Part shown: in pieces, positions 12,660 to 24,068 of the stretch
Layout of the letters: every line of letters begins with the position of its first letter
Numbering within the stretch: position 1 is the first letter of the stretch
From: Lama guanicoe
Taxonomy: Eukaryota
DNA length: 64,000 nucleotides
Direction of reading: 5' to 3'
NCBI GenBank assembly: GCA_013239625.1
Contig: MU053758.1
Coordinates: forward strand, 1,736,001-1,800,000
Notes under the pieces: generated by a model
Told to the model about the DNA's origin: nothing
Seen by the model: the letters and a program-made list of their open reading frames with translations, nothing else
Databases searched by the model: none
Made by a program: the position numbers and the translations under genes

Positions 12660-15600
12660 GGTTAAAAAATTACAGTTAGCATTATACTTAATGATAAAAT
12701 ATTGAATGTTCGTCTCTTAGTTTGAGAATAAGACAAGAAAGTCCGGTTTTAGCCAGTGTAATTAGGCAGAAAAAGACTATGAAGATTGGAACGCAAGACT
12801 ATAATTATCTGAAGATGACAATTTTGTATGCAGAAAATCTAATAGAATCGGCAGATAAACTATTAGAGTTAATAAGTAAAATTAGCAAAGTTCCTAGATA
12901 CAAGATATTCCAAATCAATTATTTTTCTATATACTAGCAATAAACAATTAGAAACTGAAGTTTAACAGAAAGCACAATATACAAGAACATTAAAAAAATC
13001 AAATACCTAGTAATAAATATAACAAAAGATGTACAAAACTGTTATACTGAAAACTAGAAACCAGTCTGAGAGAAATGAAAGATCTAAACAGAGAGCAATA
13101 TCACGTTAACAACTTGGGAGACTAAATATTGCTAGGATATCAATTAGTTTATTAATTTTTAATAATTGAATGAAATATCAGTCAAAATCCTGCAAGGGTT
13201 TTTTTTTTTTGTAGAAATAGACAAGCTGATTCTAAAATTTATCTAGAAATGCAAAGGAACTAGATTAGCCAAGGCAATCTTTTTTTTTTTGGTGGGGGGG
13301 GGTAATTAGGCTTATTTATTTTATTTTATTTATTTTTAATGAAGGTACTGGGGATTGAACCCAGGACCTTCTGTATGCTAAGCACACACTCTACCACTGA
13401 GCTATACCCTTCCCTTGCCAAGGCAATCTTGAAGTGCAAAGTTGAAAGCCTTACCAGATAGCAAGACTTATTATTAAAGATATAGATGGATAAATAGATA
13501 GATAGGCAAATATACCATTGGTACAGACTATAGTCCAGGAACATACCTGCACATATATCATCACCTAATATACAACAAAGTTGCAACTGCAATTCAGTGG
13601 GGAAATGATGGTGCTTTTTCAATAAATGAGGCTACAGTAATAGAATATCCAGGTAGAAAAAAAATTGAAAGTTGGCTTCTATCTCAAACATACCCCAAAA
13701 CTCATTTGAGATGGATCATAGGTAAAAGTGTGGAAGATAAAAAACAATAAAGCTCCTGAAAAAAATCATAGAAGGATATTTTTACGGCTTTGGGGAAGGC
13801 AAATATTTCTTAATCAAGACATAATAATCATTAAAGATAAAGTAAAAGATTGACATGTTTGACTTCATTAAAATTAAAAACCTCTGTTCATCAAAAGACA
13901 TCATAAAGTTTAAAAAGCAACCACAGAGTCTATAAACAACTCCTACTAGTTAATAAAACAACAGCAATTCAATTTTCTAAAAATAGGCAAAACACTTGAA
14001 TACACTTCACAAAAAAGGATGTCCAAATATCCAACAAATACATATGAAAAAGTGCTCAAAGCACTAGGCATCAGGAAAATGCAAATTACAACCTCCATGA
14101 AATACCAATGCACATCTACAAGTATGACTAAACTTTTTTAAACTGAAAATCTATGATGGGAATGTAAATTGATAAAATCACTCTGGAAAACTGCTTGACA
14201 GCTTCTATGAAAGGTAAACATAGCCTGTCCTATGATCTAGCAACTCCACTCCAAGATACACAAGAAATATGAATGCATATTTCCAGTAAAAAAAAATGTA
14301 CAGCCAAAAACTGGGAAAAAAATGTCCATCAACAGTAGAGCGGATAAATTGTGTAACAGTCATACAAGAATTTTACATAACAATGACAATGAAACTGCTG
14401 CATACAATATTATTGATGAGTCTCACAGATGGCATGTTGAGTGAAATAAATTAGGTTCAAAAGAATATGGATCACGTAATTCTATTAACATAAAGTCTAA
14501 TAATAGGGGAAAAAAGAATAGACAAGACAAGTCCATGGCGATAGAAATCAGAAACATGGTTACCTGTGGGGAGGGATAGAGGTGTCTGGGGTGGGGGGAG
14601 CTTCTGGGGACTGGAAATTGTTCTTTATCTTGATCTGGAAGAGGTATACCATATACCATATACCTACAGAAAAATCCATCAAGCTGTAAGATGTGTGCAC
14701 TTTACTGTATGCATATTATACCTCTGTTAAAAAGTTTTTAAAAGATAATGATGTTGTTAATATTAATCACCTACTATTAGAGCATGATTGCTATATGCTA
14801 ATAAATTTGAAAATTTAGAAGTGGGAAAATTCTTTAAAAGGCATAACTTAACTAGTGGGGAGCTCATGTTTAGCATGCACACAAGGTCCTGGGTTCAATC
14901 TCCATTGAAAAAAACAAAGCGCAGTTTACCTAAACCGATACAAGAATAAATTTTAAAATCTCACTAGATGCATATCTATTAAGGAAACTGAATCAGTAAT
15001 TGAAAGCCTAGTCACAAAGAAAACTCAGGACCCAGATGGCTTCACCAGTAAATTCTTCCAAATATTGAAGGGGAAGATAAAGCTTATACAACAAACTCTT
15101 CCAAAATGAGAAAGAAAAGAAGCACTTCCCAATTTATTGTATGGGGCCATTATAACCTTGAAATTGAAACATGTTAAGGATATTATGAAGAAAAAAATTA
15201 TAAGTAAATTTCTCTCTTGAACAGAAATGGAAAAAAAATCTAAACCAAATATTAGCATGTCCAATAAAATAATACATAAAAAGAAAAATACGTAACTTCA
15301 AACTGGGTTTATTCCAAGAATGCAAGATTTATTTAATCTTAGAAAATCAAAGTTACTTATCTCTTTACCAGAATAAAGTACAAAACCCATATGATTATCT
15401 CAAAAGGTGCAGAAGAATTTGAAAAAATTTGACACCCATTCATGATTAAAAAAAAAAAAAAACTCTTAGCAAAGTAGGAAGAGAAGAAAATTTCCTTAAT
15501 CTGATAAATGCCAAACTACTGAAAGCCTTCCTCTGAGATAGAAAACAAGACAAGGATGTCCCTGTCACCATTACTTAACATTGTACTAGAAATTCTAGTC

Positions 15601-15710
15601 ACTGTAATAAAGCAAGAAAATTAGACAAAGGTACACAGATTAAAAAGGAAGAATAACCATCATTATTCATAGATAATATAATACTGTACATAGAAAATAT
15701 ATAGTATAAA
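12660..15710 (+). mobile_element. Two further L1 ORF2/3'UTR fragments in tandem
   Basis: RT and 3' motifs recur (ggacccagatggcttcaccagtaaattc, caaggatgtccc); short SINE remnant at about 14857-14918. Confidence 0.8.
13282..13416 (-). mobile_element. tRNA-derived SINE
   Basis: Reverse SINE with TSD gccaaggcaatctt at 13268-13281 and 13417-13430. Confidence 0.9.
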
Positions 15711-15739
15711 TATGTATTATGTATATACATAATTAGTTA

Positions 15740-16750
15740 ATATTGGTCAAACCTGCTATAATCTTACTGATTTTCTGTTTACTTGTTTTATCACTTATTG
15801 AAAGATGAACATTGGAATCTCTGTATTAGTGAATATGTCTATTTCTCTTTGCAGTTCTATCAGGATTTGTTTTATGTATTTAGAAGCTTTGTTATTAAGG
15901 AAAAAAACCTTTAGAATCATGTCCTTTTGTTGAAATGACCCTATTATTATTATGAAATGGCCCTCTTTGTCAGTGTAATAATCTTTGCTCTGAAATCTAT
16001 TTTGTCTGATATTAATATAGCCCTTTAGTGTTAGCATAACATATCCTATAGCAGTATAGCCACACCAGCATTCTTTTGATTAGTGTTAGCAAGGTGTATC
16101 TTTTTATTTTTTACTACTTATGTCTTTATTTTGTTGGTGGTGGTGGGGGGAGATAGTTAGGTTTATTCATTAATTTATTTATTTTATTGGAGGTACTGGG
16201 GACTGAACCCAGAACCTCATGCATGCTAAGCATGTGCTCTACCACTGAGCCATACCACGCCCCGACTTGTGGGCTTCCTGTAGACAGCATATAGTTGGGT
16301 CTTTCTTTTTTTAATCTGCCTTTTAATTAAGTTGTCTAGACCATGTATTGATTGCCATTATTGATATGGTTGAGTTTAAATCTACCATCTTGGTTGCACA
16401 ACTGTGTACATTTACTAAAAGTCAGGTAGACCACCAGGCTCTGCCCGAGTTACCCCTCCCTGTGCTGTGTTCTGGACACTCACTCCAAGCAGTAGGCTGG
16501 GACAGCTGTAGAGCTTAAAGCTTTGTTTCTCTTTTCTTAGGGATCCTTGTCCTGTGCTGCCTGATTTCTAATGTCTGAACCCCATTGCTTCATATATTTT
16601 GTCTGGCTTTTAGTTGTTTCAGATGAGAAAGTAAACACATTCCCTATTACTCCATCCTGGACTAAAGCAGAGGTTCAGATCATTCATTTTAAACATTCGT
16701 GTCCCTCAATTCTGTGAAATTTTCTTTTATTAACTTTTTGTCAATGTCCT
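15740..16750 (-). mobile_element. L1 ORF2 endonuclease-region fragment, antisense; contains a SINE at about 16125-16263 (-)
   Basis: ORF 15795-16037 (DKEGHFIIIIGSFQQKDMILKVF...ASKYIKQILIELQREID) matches L1 EN. Confidence 0.85.
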
Positions 16751-17132
16751 GCCCTCTTCATTTCCATCTTCTTTTTCTGAAACTCCTATTAGTCGAATAT
16801 TGTACCTACTGGACTAAGTATTCTATCCTTACCACTCCCATCACTGCATTTTTCTCTTCCTGGAGAGCCTCTCAAAAGCAAGGGCTTTGTGAATTTTGTC
16901 TGCAGTTTACCATCAGAGGCTGGAACAACACCTAGCATATAACGAGTGATCAACAAATTTCATCTCTTTACCATTTTGTGCTGCTACCCTCCAAGTGATT
17001 TTAGGGGGATGTTTTACTCTTGCAACCATTCTATTGTATATTTAATAAAGAACTCTTTCTTACTCTTTAGAGCTCATTTTTCACTGCATTCTATTCTTTT
17101 TAAAATAACTATGAGGGAAGGGTGTGTTTACG

Positions 17133-17220
17133 TTTCTTCTTCTTTCTTCTTCTTCTTCTTCTTCTTCTTCTTCTTCTTCTTCTTCTTCTTCTTCTTCTTC
17201 TTCTTCTTCTTCTTCTTCTT
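17133..17220. repeat. (TTC)n microsatellite
   Basis: About 25 pure TTC units; explains the poly-F and poly-E ORFs. Confidence 0.98.
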
Positions 17221-17249
17221 TTTTAATTTTGTCTTTCTGTTTCATGCTA

Positions 17250-17730
17250 GGATTATAGCAGCCATGGTAATGCACCACCCGGATCTCACTTCAAGAGAGC
17301 ATTTGCCACGAGGAGTGTTGTCAGCTGACAAACTTCAGCTTCCACACTTTCCGAATCAATTGCAGCGTTTGAACTGAGGACACACTTTACCCAGGCAACT
17401 CCAGCCAATTACTGAGCACAGTCGGGGGTCTTACCGCCCGGACATTTCAGCCCACCAGGGTCTCCTTTCTAGTGGGCAATCTTGGCTTTGAGGACTCTGA
17501 GACTCTGAGACGCACCACAGTCTGAAACTCCTCCTCCCCAGTCCTCCTTCCTTCCCCCTCTTCTTTCTCACACGTCAGTCCTGCATCGTGTGCAGCCCCG
17601 CAGTCTGAAGACTTTCCCCGCCTCCTCCTGTTCCCTTTCCCCTTTACTCTCCACAAGCATTACCCACAATCAAGCTCTTGCACTTCTAACTCCATTTGAT
17701 GTCTGTTTCCCAGGACCTGAACTGACACAG
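17250..17730 (+). mobile_element. ERVL LTR16-like solo LTR
   Basis: Ends ctcttgcacttctaactcc...tttcccaggacctgaactgacaca; internal duplicated cagtctgaa...ctcctcc block. Confidence 0.6.
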
Positions 17731-17808
17731 GAGTTTTCTTCATTTGCCAGGTGATCCTTGCACAGCCATTTGTATTTAAAGAAAGGCATTAAAAAGCAGA
17801 CTGGAAGC

Positions 17809-17925
17809 AGGGAAGGTATAGGTCAGTGGCAGGGTGCAGGCTCAGCATGCATGAAGTCCTAAGTTCAGTCTCCAGTACCTCTATGTAGAAAAAAGTTTTA
17901 AAAGATAATAATAATTTTTTTTTAA
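17809..17925 (+). mobile_element. tRNA-derived SINE
   Basis: Diverged SINE head; TSD aaaaagcagactg(g/t)aag. Confidence 0.75.
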
Positions 17926-18609
17926 AAAAGCAGACTGTAAGTTCCATAGGCACAAGTGAGGCTTTTTTACTGGTGTATTTTTCTTTTTAGTGATTGGGCA
18001 AAGAGCTAGCTATTTCGCTGTAAACCCTCCAATTATTAGTATATGGAATTTTTCTTCAGAGAGTTTCAGTTTCTTCAATAAGAAGCTTGTGATTTTCTGC
18101 CTTTCTGTGCAGGGCAGTGGTGGAAAAGGTCAACTGTTCATCCACCCCATGACTCACCCCCGAACCTCTGCCCAGTCTGATGCTTTCAAATCCCTTTCCC
18201 CCTTATTATCATCTGTCTTCCTCTGCCCTGGTCACTAAGTCTGTGAGTCTTTCTCAATCCACATCAAATCATCCAAAATATTACTCAAATCCTTTATCTG
18301 CTGAGATATCATTTTCTCTGTCCTTGTAGATTTATGCCTTCCTTCTTTCTTTAGTAACATTTTAGTGGGATCTTAAAAGGGAAAGGAGATGTAGTTCATC
18401 ATCATTAACTAAAAGCCTCCGCATATGATTGATATTGTCTCACGACCATCTTGGCTGCTTTGTGGAGAATGGATTGCAAAGGGACGCGCATAGAAGCAAG
18501 AAAGTCGATAAGGAGGCCACTGCCATAGCAGAGGTGCGCGATGAGGGTGACTGGGACTGGGATGGTGGCAATGGGGCTGAAGGGAAGGAGATAAATCAAG
18601 ATACATTAA

Positions 18610-19150
18610 GGTAGTGGTTTTAAAACATGCCCTCTAATTCTTTGCTATGCCTCCCATCAAGAGATGGAACTTAATTCTCCCCTTGAATGCAGACCGGACT
18701 TAGTGACTCATTTCTAATGAATAGAACATGGCAGAAGTAACAGTGTGGGACTTTCAAGACAAGATCAGAAAAGGCATTGCAGCTTGCTCTCTGCTCTCTC
18801 TTAGGTCATTCATTCTAGGTAAGCCAGCTACCATGTTATGAGGACACTCAAGCAGCTCTGTGATGTCCACATGGCAAGGAATATATGCTTCCTGCCAACT
18901 ATCAGCACTGCCTTAACAAGTATGTGAATGTACCCTGTTGGAAGCAGATCCTCCAGCCCCAACCAGCCTTTGAAATCTGAACTATCATTGACATTTGACT
19001 GCAACCTCCTAAGAGACCCTGAGCCCAGCTAAATCATTTCTGAATTCCTGACCCAAAGAAGCATGTGTTATATGACATGGTAAATACTTATTATTTTAAG
19101 CCACTAAATTTTGGTTGTAAGATATTACATAACAAGTGATAACTAATATA
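18610..19150 (+). mobile_element. MaLR MLT1-like solo LTR
   Basis: cctcccatcaagagatgga...ttttaagccactaaattttgg...gataactaata. Confidence 0.7.
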
Positions 19151-19449
19151 CCAAAATTAACACAACATTGTAAATCGACTATACTTCAGTGAAAAAAAAA
19201 AAGAGAAAAAAAGAGGTAACTACTACAGAAAATGAGGGAGAGAGGAATCAAAGACTTTTTTTTTTTGTAGTATAGTCAGTTTACAATGTTCTGTCAATTT
19301 CTGGTGTACAACATAATGTCTCAGTAATCAGATCAGAATCAAAGAGTTTTATTCTAGGTTTTGAGTCTTAAACAACTGGGTAGATGACAGTACCAATTAT
19401 CAAAGTAGGAAGCTTGGAAAAGGAAAAGGACTAGAAATCACAACATTGA

Positions 19450-19537
19450 TTTTTTTTAATGGAGGTACTGGGGATTGAACCCAGGGCCTTGTGCATGCTA
19501 AGCACATGCTCTACCACTGAGCTATACCCACACCCCC
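19450..19537 (-). mobile_element. tRNA-derived SINE (short form)
   Basis: ggaggtactggggattgaacccaggg...ctctaccactgagctatacc. Confidence 0.85.
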
Positions 19538-20804
19538 TTCAAGTGAATTTTGAAATGCCTTTTAGACATCAAGTGGAGATATCAAGTAGGTGTTGATTAT
19601 GTTTCCAGGCTGGAGAAATAATTGAGAGTCCCTGGCATGGGGCTAGCAGTTAAAGCCATGGACACTCAGGGAGAAAAGGTGAAGGGTCCTGGGACCAAGC
19701 CCTGGGTCCCTTCCAACTTTAGAAGTAGGAAAGAAGAGAAGGAATCAGACTAAGAAGGAGTGGCCAGCAAGACAGGAGGAAATTCAGGAGACAGTAGCAA
19801 CTCTAAGCCAAGAGCAGAGAGAGTTTCCAGAAGGAAAGAGAGATCAGCTAAGGGACTAGCAGCAGAGCGAGAAGTTCAGAGAAGCAGCTCCTCCCCAGTG
19901 ACAGTTGTTTTAAATTAACCAGGCTTAATAGTAAGCACAACAGTTACCATTTCTTGAGTGCCTACCAAATGCCTGGCACTTCAATACATTTTCTTGTTGA
20001 ATTATCACAGTAACTCCAACATTACCCCCATTTCACAGATGAGGGAACTGAGGGGCAGAGAGATTAACTCACTCAAGATCACACAGTTTGTGAAGTGGCA
20101 AAAGCCCAGTTGAAATTCAAGCATGGGGGACACCAAAGGCCAGGATCTTGACAAGGGATGGGCAGGATGCCAGGGGTCTACTTTTATTTTCTTTTTGCAT
20201 CTCACCATGAGTGGGTTTTCTCAGTTTTTTGTACCAGGCCCTGGGGAACCTAAGCAAATTTAGGCCTCACAGGGGGGTGTTCCCCAGAGAGTGAGTGAAG
20301 AAAGAGGTGGGAAAGACAGGACCAAGCCAGGGGGGCGGCGGGGGGAGGGGGTGGAATCTGTGCCTTTTGCCTTTAAAGGAGCAGCATGCAAATTATATTC
20401 AAAGCAATATGTAAATGATATGTAAATTGCATTGCGAATGAGCATCTGTTCTTTTTGAGTCAACAGCTCAGGCACTTTTGGGTGAGCCCTCCCCAGCTTT
20501 CTCCCCGGGTTGCCCAGGGTCAGGATCTTTTGCAGGGTCTACTAAGTAAACTGGAGAAGTAGCAGGTGCCTCCTCCAAGGCAAACTGGGCTCTGGACAGG
20601 AAGAAGAGGGCTGCCTACTATGTCCAGGTAAGTCATTTATCCACACTCTCATCTGACAAATATTTGTTAAGTACCTACTGGGTGTAGGTCCAGAGGCAGA
20701 TGAAGTAGACAAGTAGGAGACTCATTATTTCCAACTTCTGGGAACATATTTTAGTGGGGAAAATAAATAGATGCAGAAAAGACTCCAGTATCATCTAGAG
20801 TCTG

Positions 20805-21025
20805 CACCAAGTTTTCTCAGCCTCAGCTCTGTTGACATTCTGTGCTAGGCATTTCTTTGTTGAGGGGGACTATTCTATGCATCTTAGGATATTTGTCTCT
20901 CTTTATCCATTAGATGCCAGTAGCACTCTCTCCCTATTTGTGACAACCAAAAATGTCTCCAGACATTGCCAAATGTCCTCTGGGGTGGGGGTAGGGGACC
21001 AAAATCACCCCAGCTGAGAACCATT
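20805..21025 (+). mobile_element. MER20-like hAT DNA transposon
   Basis: gtgacaaccaaaaatgtctccagacattgccaaatgtcc...aaaatcaccccagctgagaaccattg. Confidence 0.85.
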
Positions 21026-22398
21026 GCCATGAGCTCTTTGGGTGAGTCAACATAGTCAGTGAGCTCGGGATTCACCTTCAAGGACCCACGTTGTCCCATA
21101 TTTTTGTATTTTAACCATTGTGGAAGGCAGACAGTCTTTCTCAAATGTCTCATCTAACTTCTTTCCATGACCTTCCCTTGACATCTCAGGTCCTCACCCT
21201 GAGCATATGCTATTACTCAGTCCAGCCCCCAGAGATTCTTAAGATGTGATCAAGGTCACTCCTAAACTAAACGGCCCCAGCCTTGAGCCCTTCAGGCTTT
21301 CATGTCTGCTTTTTAGCATTATTCTATCTCTTCTTCCCTTGTCATCAAGTTGTCACCTGTGGGACTGTCACTTACACTCCCATCTCTACTGGCCTCCATT
21401 CCCTTTGATTGGCAGCTTCTAGGAGTTAAAAAACTAGATTTTGCAGATCAGTGTTTTTCTAACTGTGCTCTGCCAAGCACTGGGAGTCCTGCGGGGCCTT
21501 GCAGAAACCCCTGGGGGATGGCGGGAGGGGTTGGAAAGGTTTCCAAGAGGTAGGAGGAGTAGAAAGGCAGGTTTCCCTACCCCCCAGCTTCCATCATAGC
21601 AGCTGGACTTTTCTCGTTTTGTTTCTCCCTGCTTCTGCATGATATCCTTTGGACAAAATGTCCCAAGGTCAAAAGGCATTGTGAGACCTAGATGGGGGAG
21701 GTTGTGAGAGTAGAGGGCTCCCTAACATGTAAAATCTCTGTGCTTTGGTGTGCAGCTTGGTGGTGTCCATCATGGTTGTTTGGAGGTCCTTTAAGCTTCC
21801 TTCTCAGCTCCATATTAGTGGGTGGCTGGTGGGGATGCTGACAGGAAAGCATCACTTTACATAGAGGCCAAACCCTCTGTGTATGTGAGCAGGAGACTGG
21901 ACCGGAGGCAGACCAGGCCTCCAGGCTTCCACATCAGATCATGATACCTCTCCCTGGGTAGAGGAAACCCCAGGAAACAAGGGCCCTAACCCCCACAGAT
22001 AGCAAAACAGAGAGTAATTGCACTGAAGTGGCAGGAGAAAGAACTGAGGCAAGACACCAAGATCTTCCCAACTGGGCACCTGAGGGAGGAGCAGTTGGGA
22101 GCCAGCTCTGGGGCAGAAGAGGGTCCAAGTTGCAGGCTGAGGGATAATCACACCCGCTTATACACACACCCCTTCCTGGCCCCTGCCCCAACCACAGCTG
22201 AGTCCAGCACAGATAAACTCCAGGCCCGGAAACTTGGCAAGGGGTGGGGGAGCAGGGTCTGGGGCCACACCACATCCTCCCTTCTCTAAGAAGCCCTTTC
22301 AGCCGGACTCTTGCCAGACTGTGGCAGAATGTGTGTGTATCTTGTTCCCAAGGGGCTCGGGGGATAGAGCAGCCTCTCCCTCCCCGCCCCCCAACCCC

Positions 22399-22510
22399 NN
22401 NNNNNNNNNNNNNNNNNNNNNNNNNNNNNNNNNNNNNNNNNNNNNNNNNNNNNNNNNNNNNNNNNNNNNNNNNNNNNNNNNNNNNNNNNNNNNNNNNNNN
22501 NNNNNNNNNN
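22399..22510. other. Assembly gap
   Basis: Run of N flanked by ccaacccc on both sides. Confidence 1.
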
Positions 22511-23907
22511 CCAACCCCCGCCACCCGCCGACCTCCAAGCCCCACCGAACCCTCTGGACACAGGCACAATCAGGCATTTCATGCCTCACAAGGGTCAGAA
22601 TGAAAGGCCTGTGTCTGTCTGCTCTCCCCTCCCCCTCTTCCATCTTCAGATTTTTCCATCTGCCCTGGGGCCAAAGCCTCATCTCTCTCCCTCCTTTCCC
22701 CCTCCTGCTCGCTAAATTCTTTACAAATATCTGGGAACAGAAGGGATTGCTGTCAATATTCTGCACTGCTTGCCACTAACTCGGGTCTGTCACATGCCGG
22801 GGAGGGAGTGGAGATGCAATGAGCCTCCTCTATCACTCATGAGAACCAGCCAGCTCAATGACAGCCCAAGGTCACACAGCACCAGCCAGACCTGCCGTAC
22901 TCCTGCCCATTGCCTCCTTCCCACTCTGCCCTTCTCCATGGTTTGCCCTGAGGATGGGGGAAACCAGATTAGAGGATGAATCCCTCACCACTTCCCCATG
23001 GAGCCAAAAGGCTTCTCCCTTCTGGAAAATTCCCAGACACTGAAATGGCCGAGACCTGGAGGAGTCGCTGAACCTAAAAGCAAGTTCACATCAGAGGTCA
23101 ATGGCTGTGTGCCCCGAGGAAGGCGGGGCTCTCCGTGTTGGCTGCTGATCTCTGATGTATTCTCCCCACCCCCCACCCGGAGACCGAAGCCAGACCAGCA
23201 GCCAGGAACTGGCGTCACCACTCTCCAAGTCCCACCGCCACCACCCGTGAGCAACCATTCCGGGGCTTGACATTCTGTCAGCTTCACACCAGCTCCCAGG
23301 GCCCCAGCCAGGAGCGCTTCCTGGATAAAATATTAAACATGCAAATCTGAGACAGTGCCTTAACGAGCGACAGACTGCACGACCACAGCCTGGCAAAGGA
23401 GACGCATGCCGTCCGGGGGTGGGGGGTGAGAAGTATATATAGATATAGACTTTGGATCTATCTGTGCAACGTGTGTATGAGGCAGAGAACAGCAGGGATG
23501 GAAAACTACCGCAGCAGCCTCCAGCTCGGGTGGCCTGAGGTCGGCAGGAGGCTGGGGGTGGGAGGTCAGGAGGCTCCCTAAAGCCCAGTTCAGAGTCGGG
23601 GATGACAAAAGCCTTTTGTGCTTGGATTCTGTGTGGAGAAGGCCAGAGACTCAGGGCAGGGGAACGGGCATTTGGTTTTGGAGAAGGAAATTGTTTAGAG
23701 GTAAGATCTCAGGGAGGAAGTAAAGAAAGGTGGGAGACAGAGGAGGCAGAGGCCTGGGGAGTCACAGGGAGAACACCTCAACCCCAATGGGGCGCTGGAG
23801 GCTCTTTAATGTGATGCCCACATTGGCCCAGAGGAGTCAGGAGGCTCACGTAACATTGGGTCAATGTGGTCCCACCTTGTTTGAAATTGACATGAACCTG
23901 ACAACGA

Positions 23908-24068
23908 TGCTGCTCAAACCTGAATGGCCATGTGCTTCATGAAGATCTCGTTAATAATGCAGATTCTGATTTAGAAGGTCTGGGTGGGGCCTGAGATTCT
24001 GCATTTCCCGCAAGTCTGGGGAGATGCCAGTGCTGCTGGTCCACTGATCCCAACTGAGCAGCCGTGAT
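23908..24068 (+). mobile_element. MER5-like hAT DNA transposon
   Basis: aatgcagattctgatttagaaggtctgggtggggcctgagattctgcattt. Confidence 0.75.

Noticed and set aside
16946..17377. Poly-Phe and poly-Glu ORFs
   Set aside because: Translation of the TTC microsatellite.
21934..22779. ORFs spanning the N gap (also at 58006-59044)
   Set aside because: Lengths are inflated by Ns; the first gap has the same ccaacccc on both flanks and may be an unmerged overlap.
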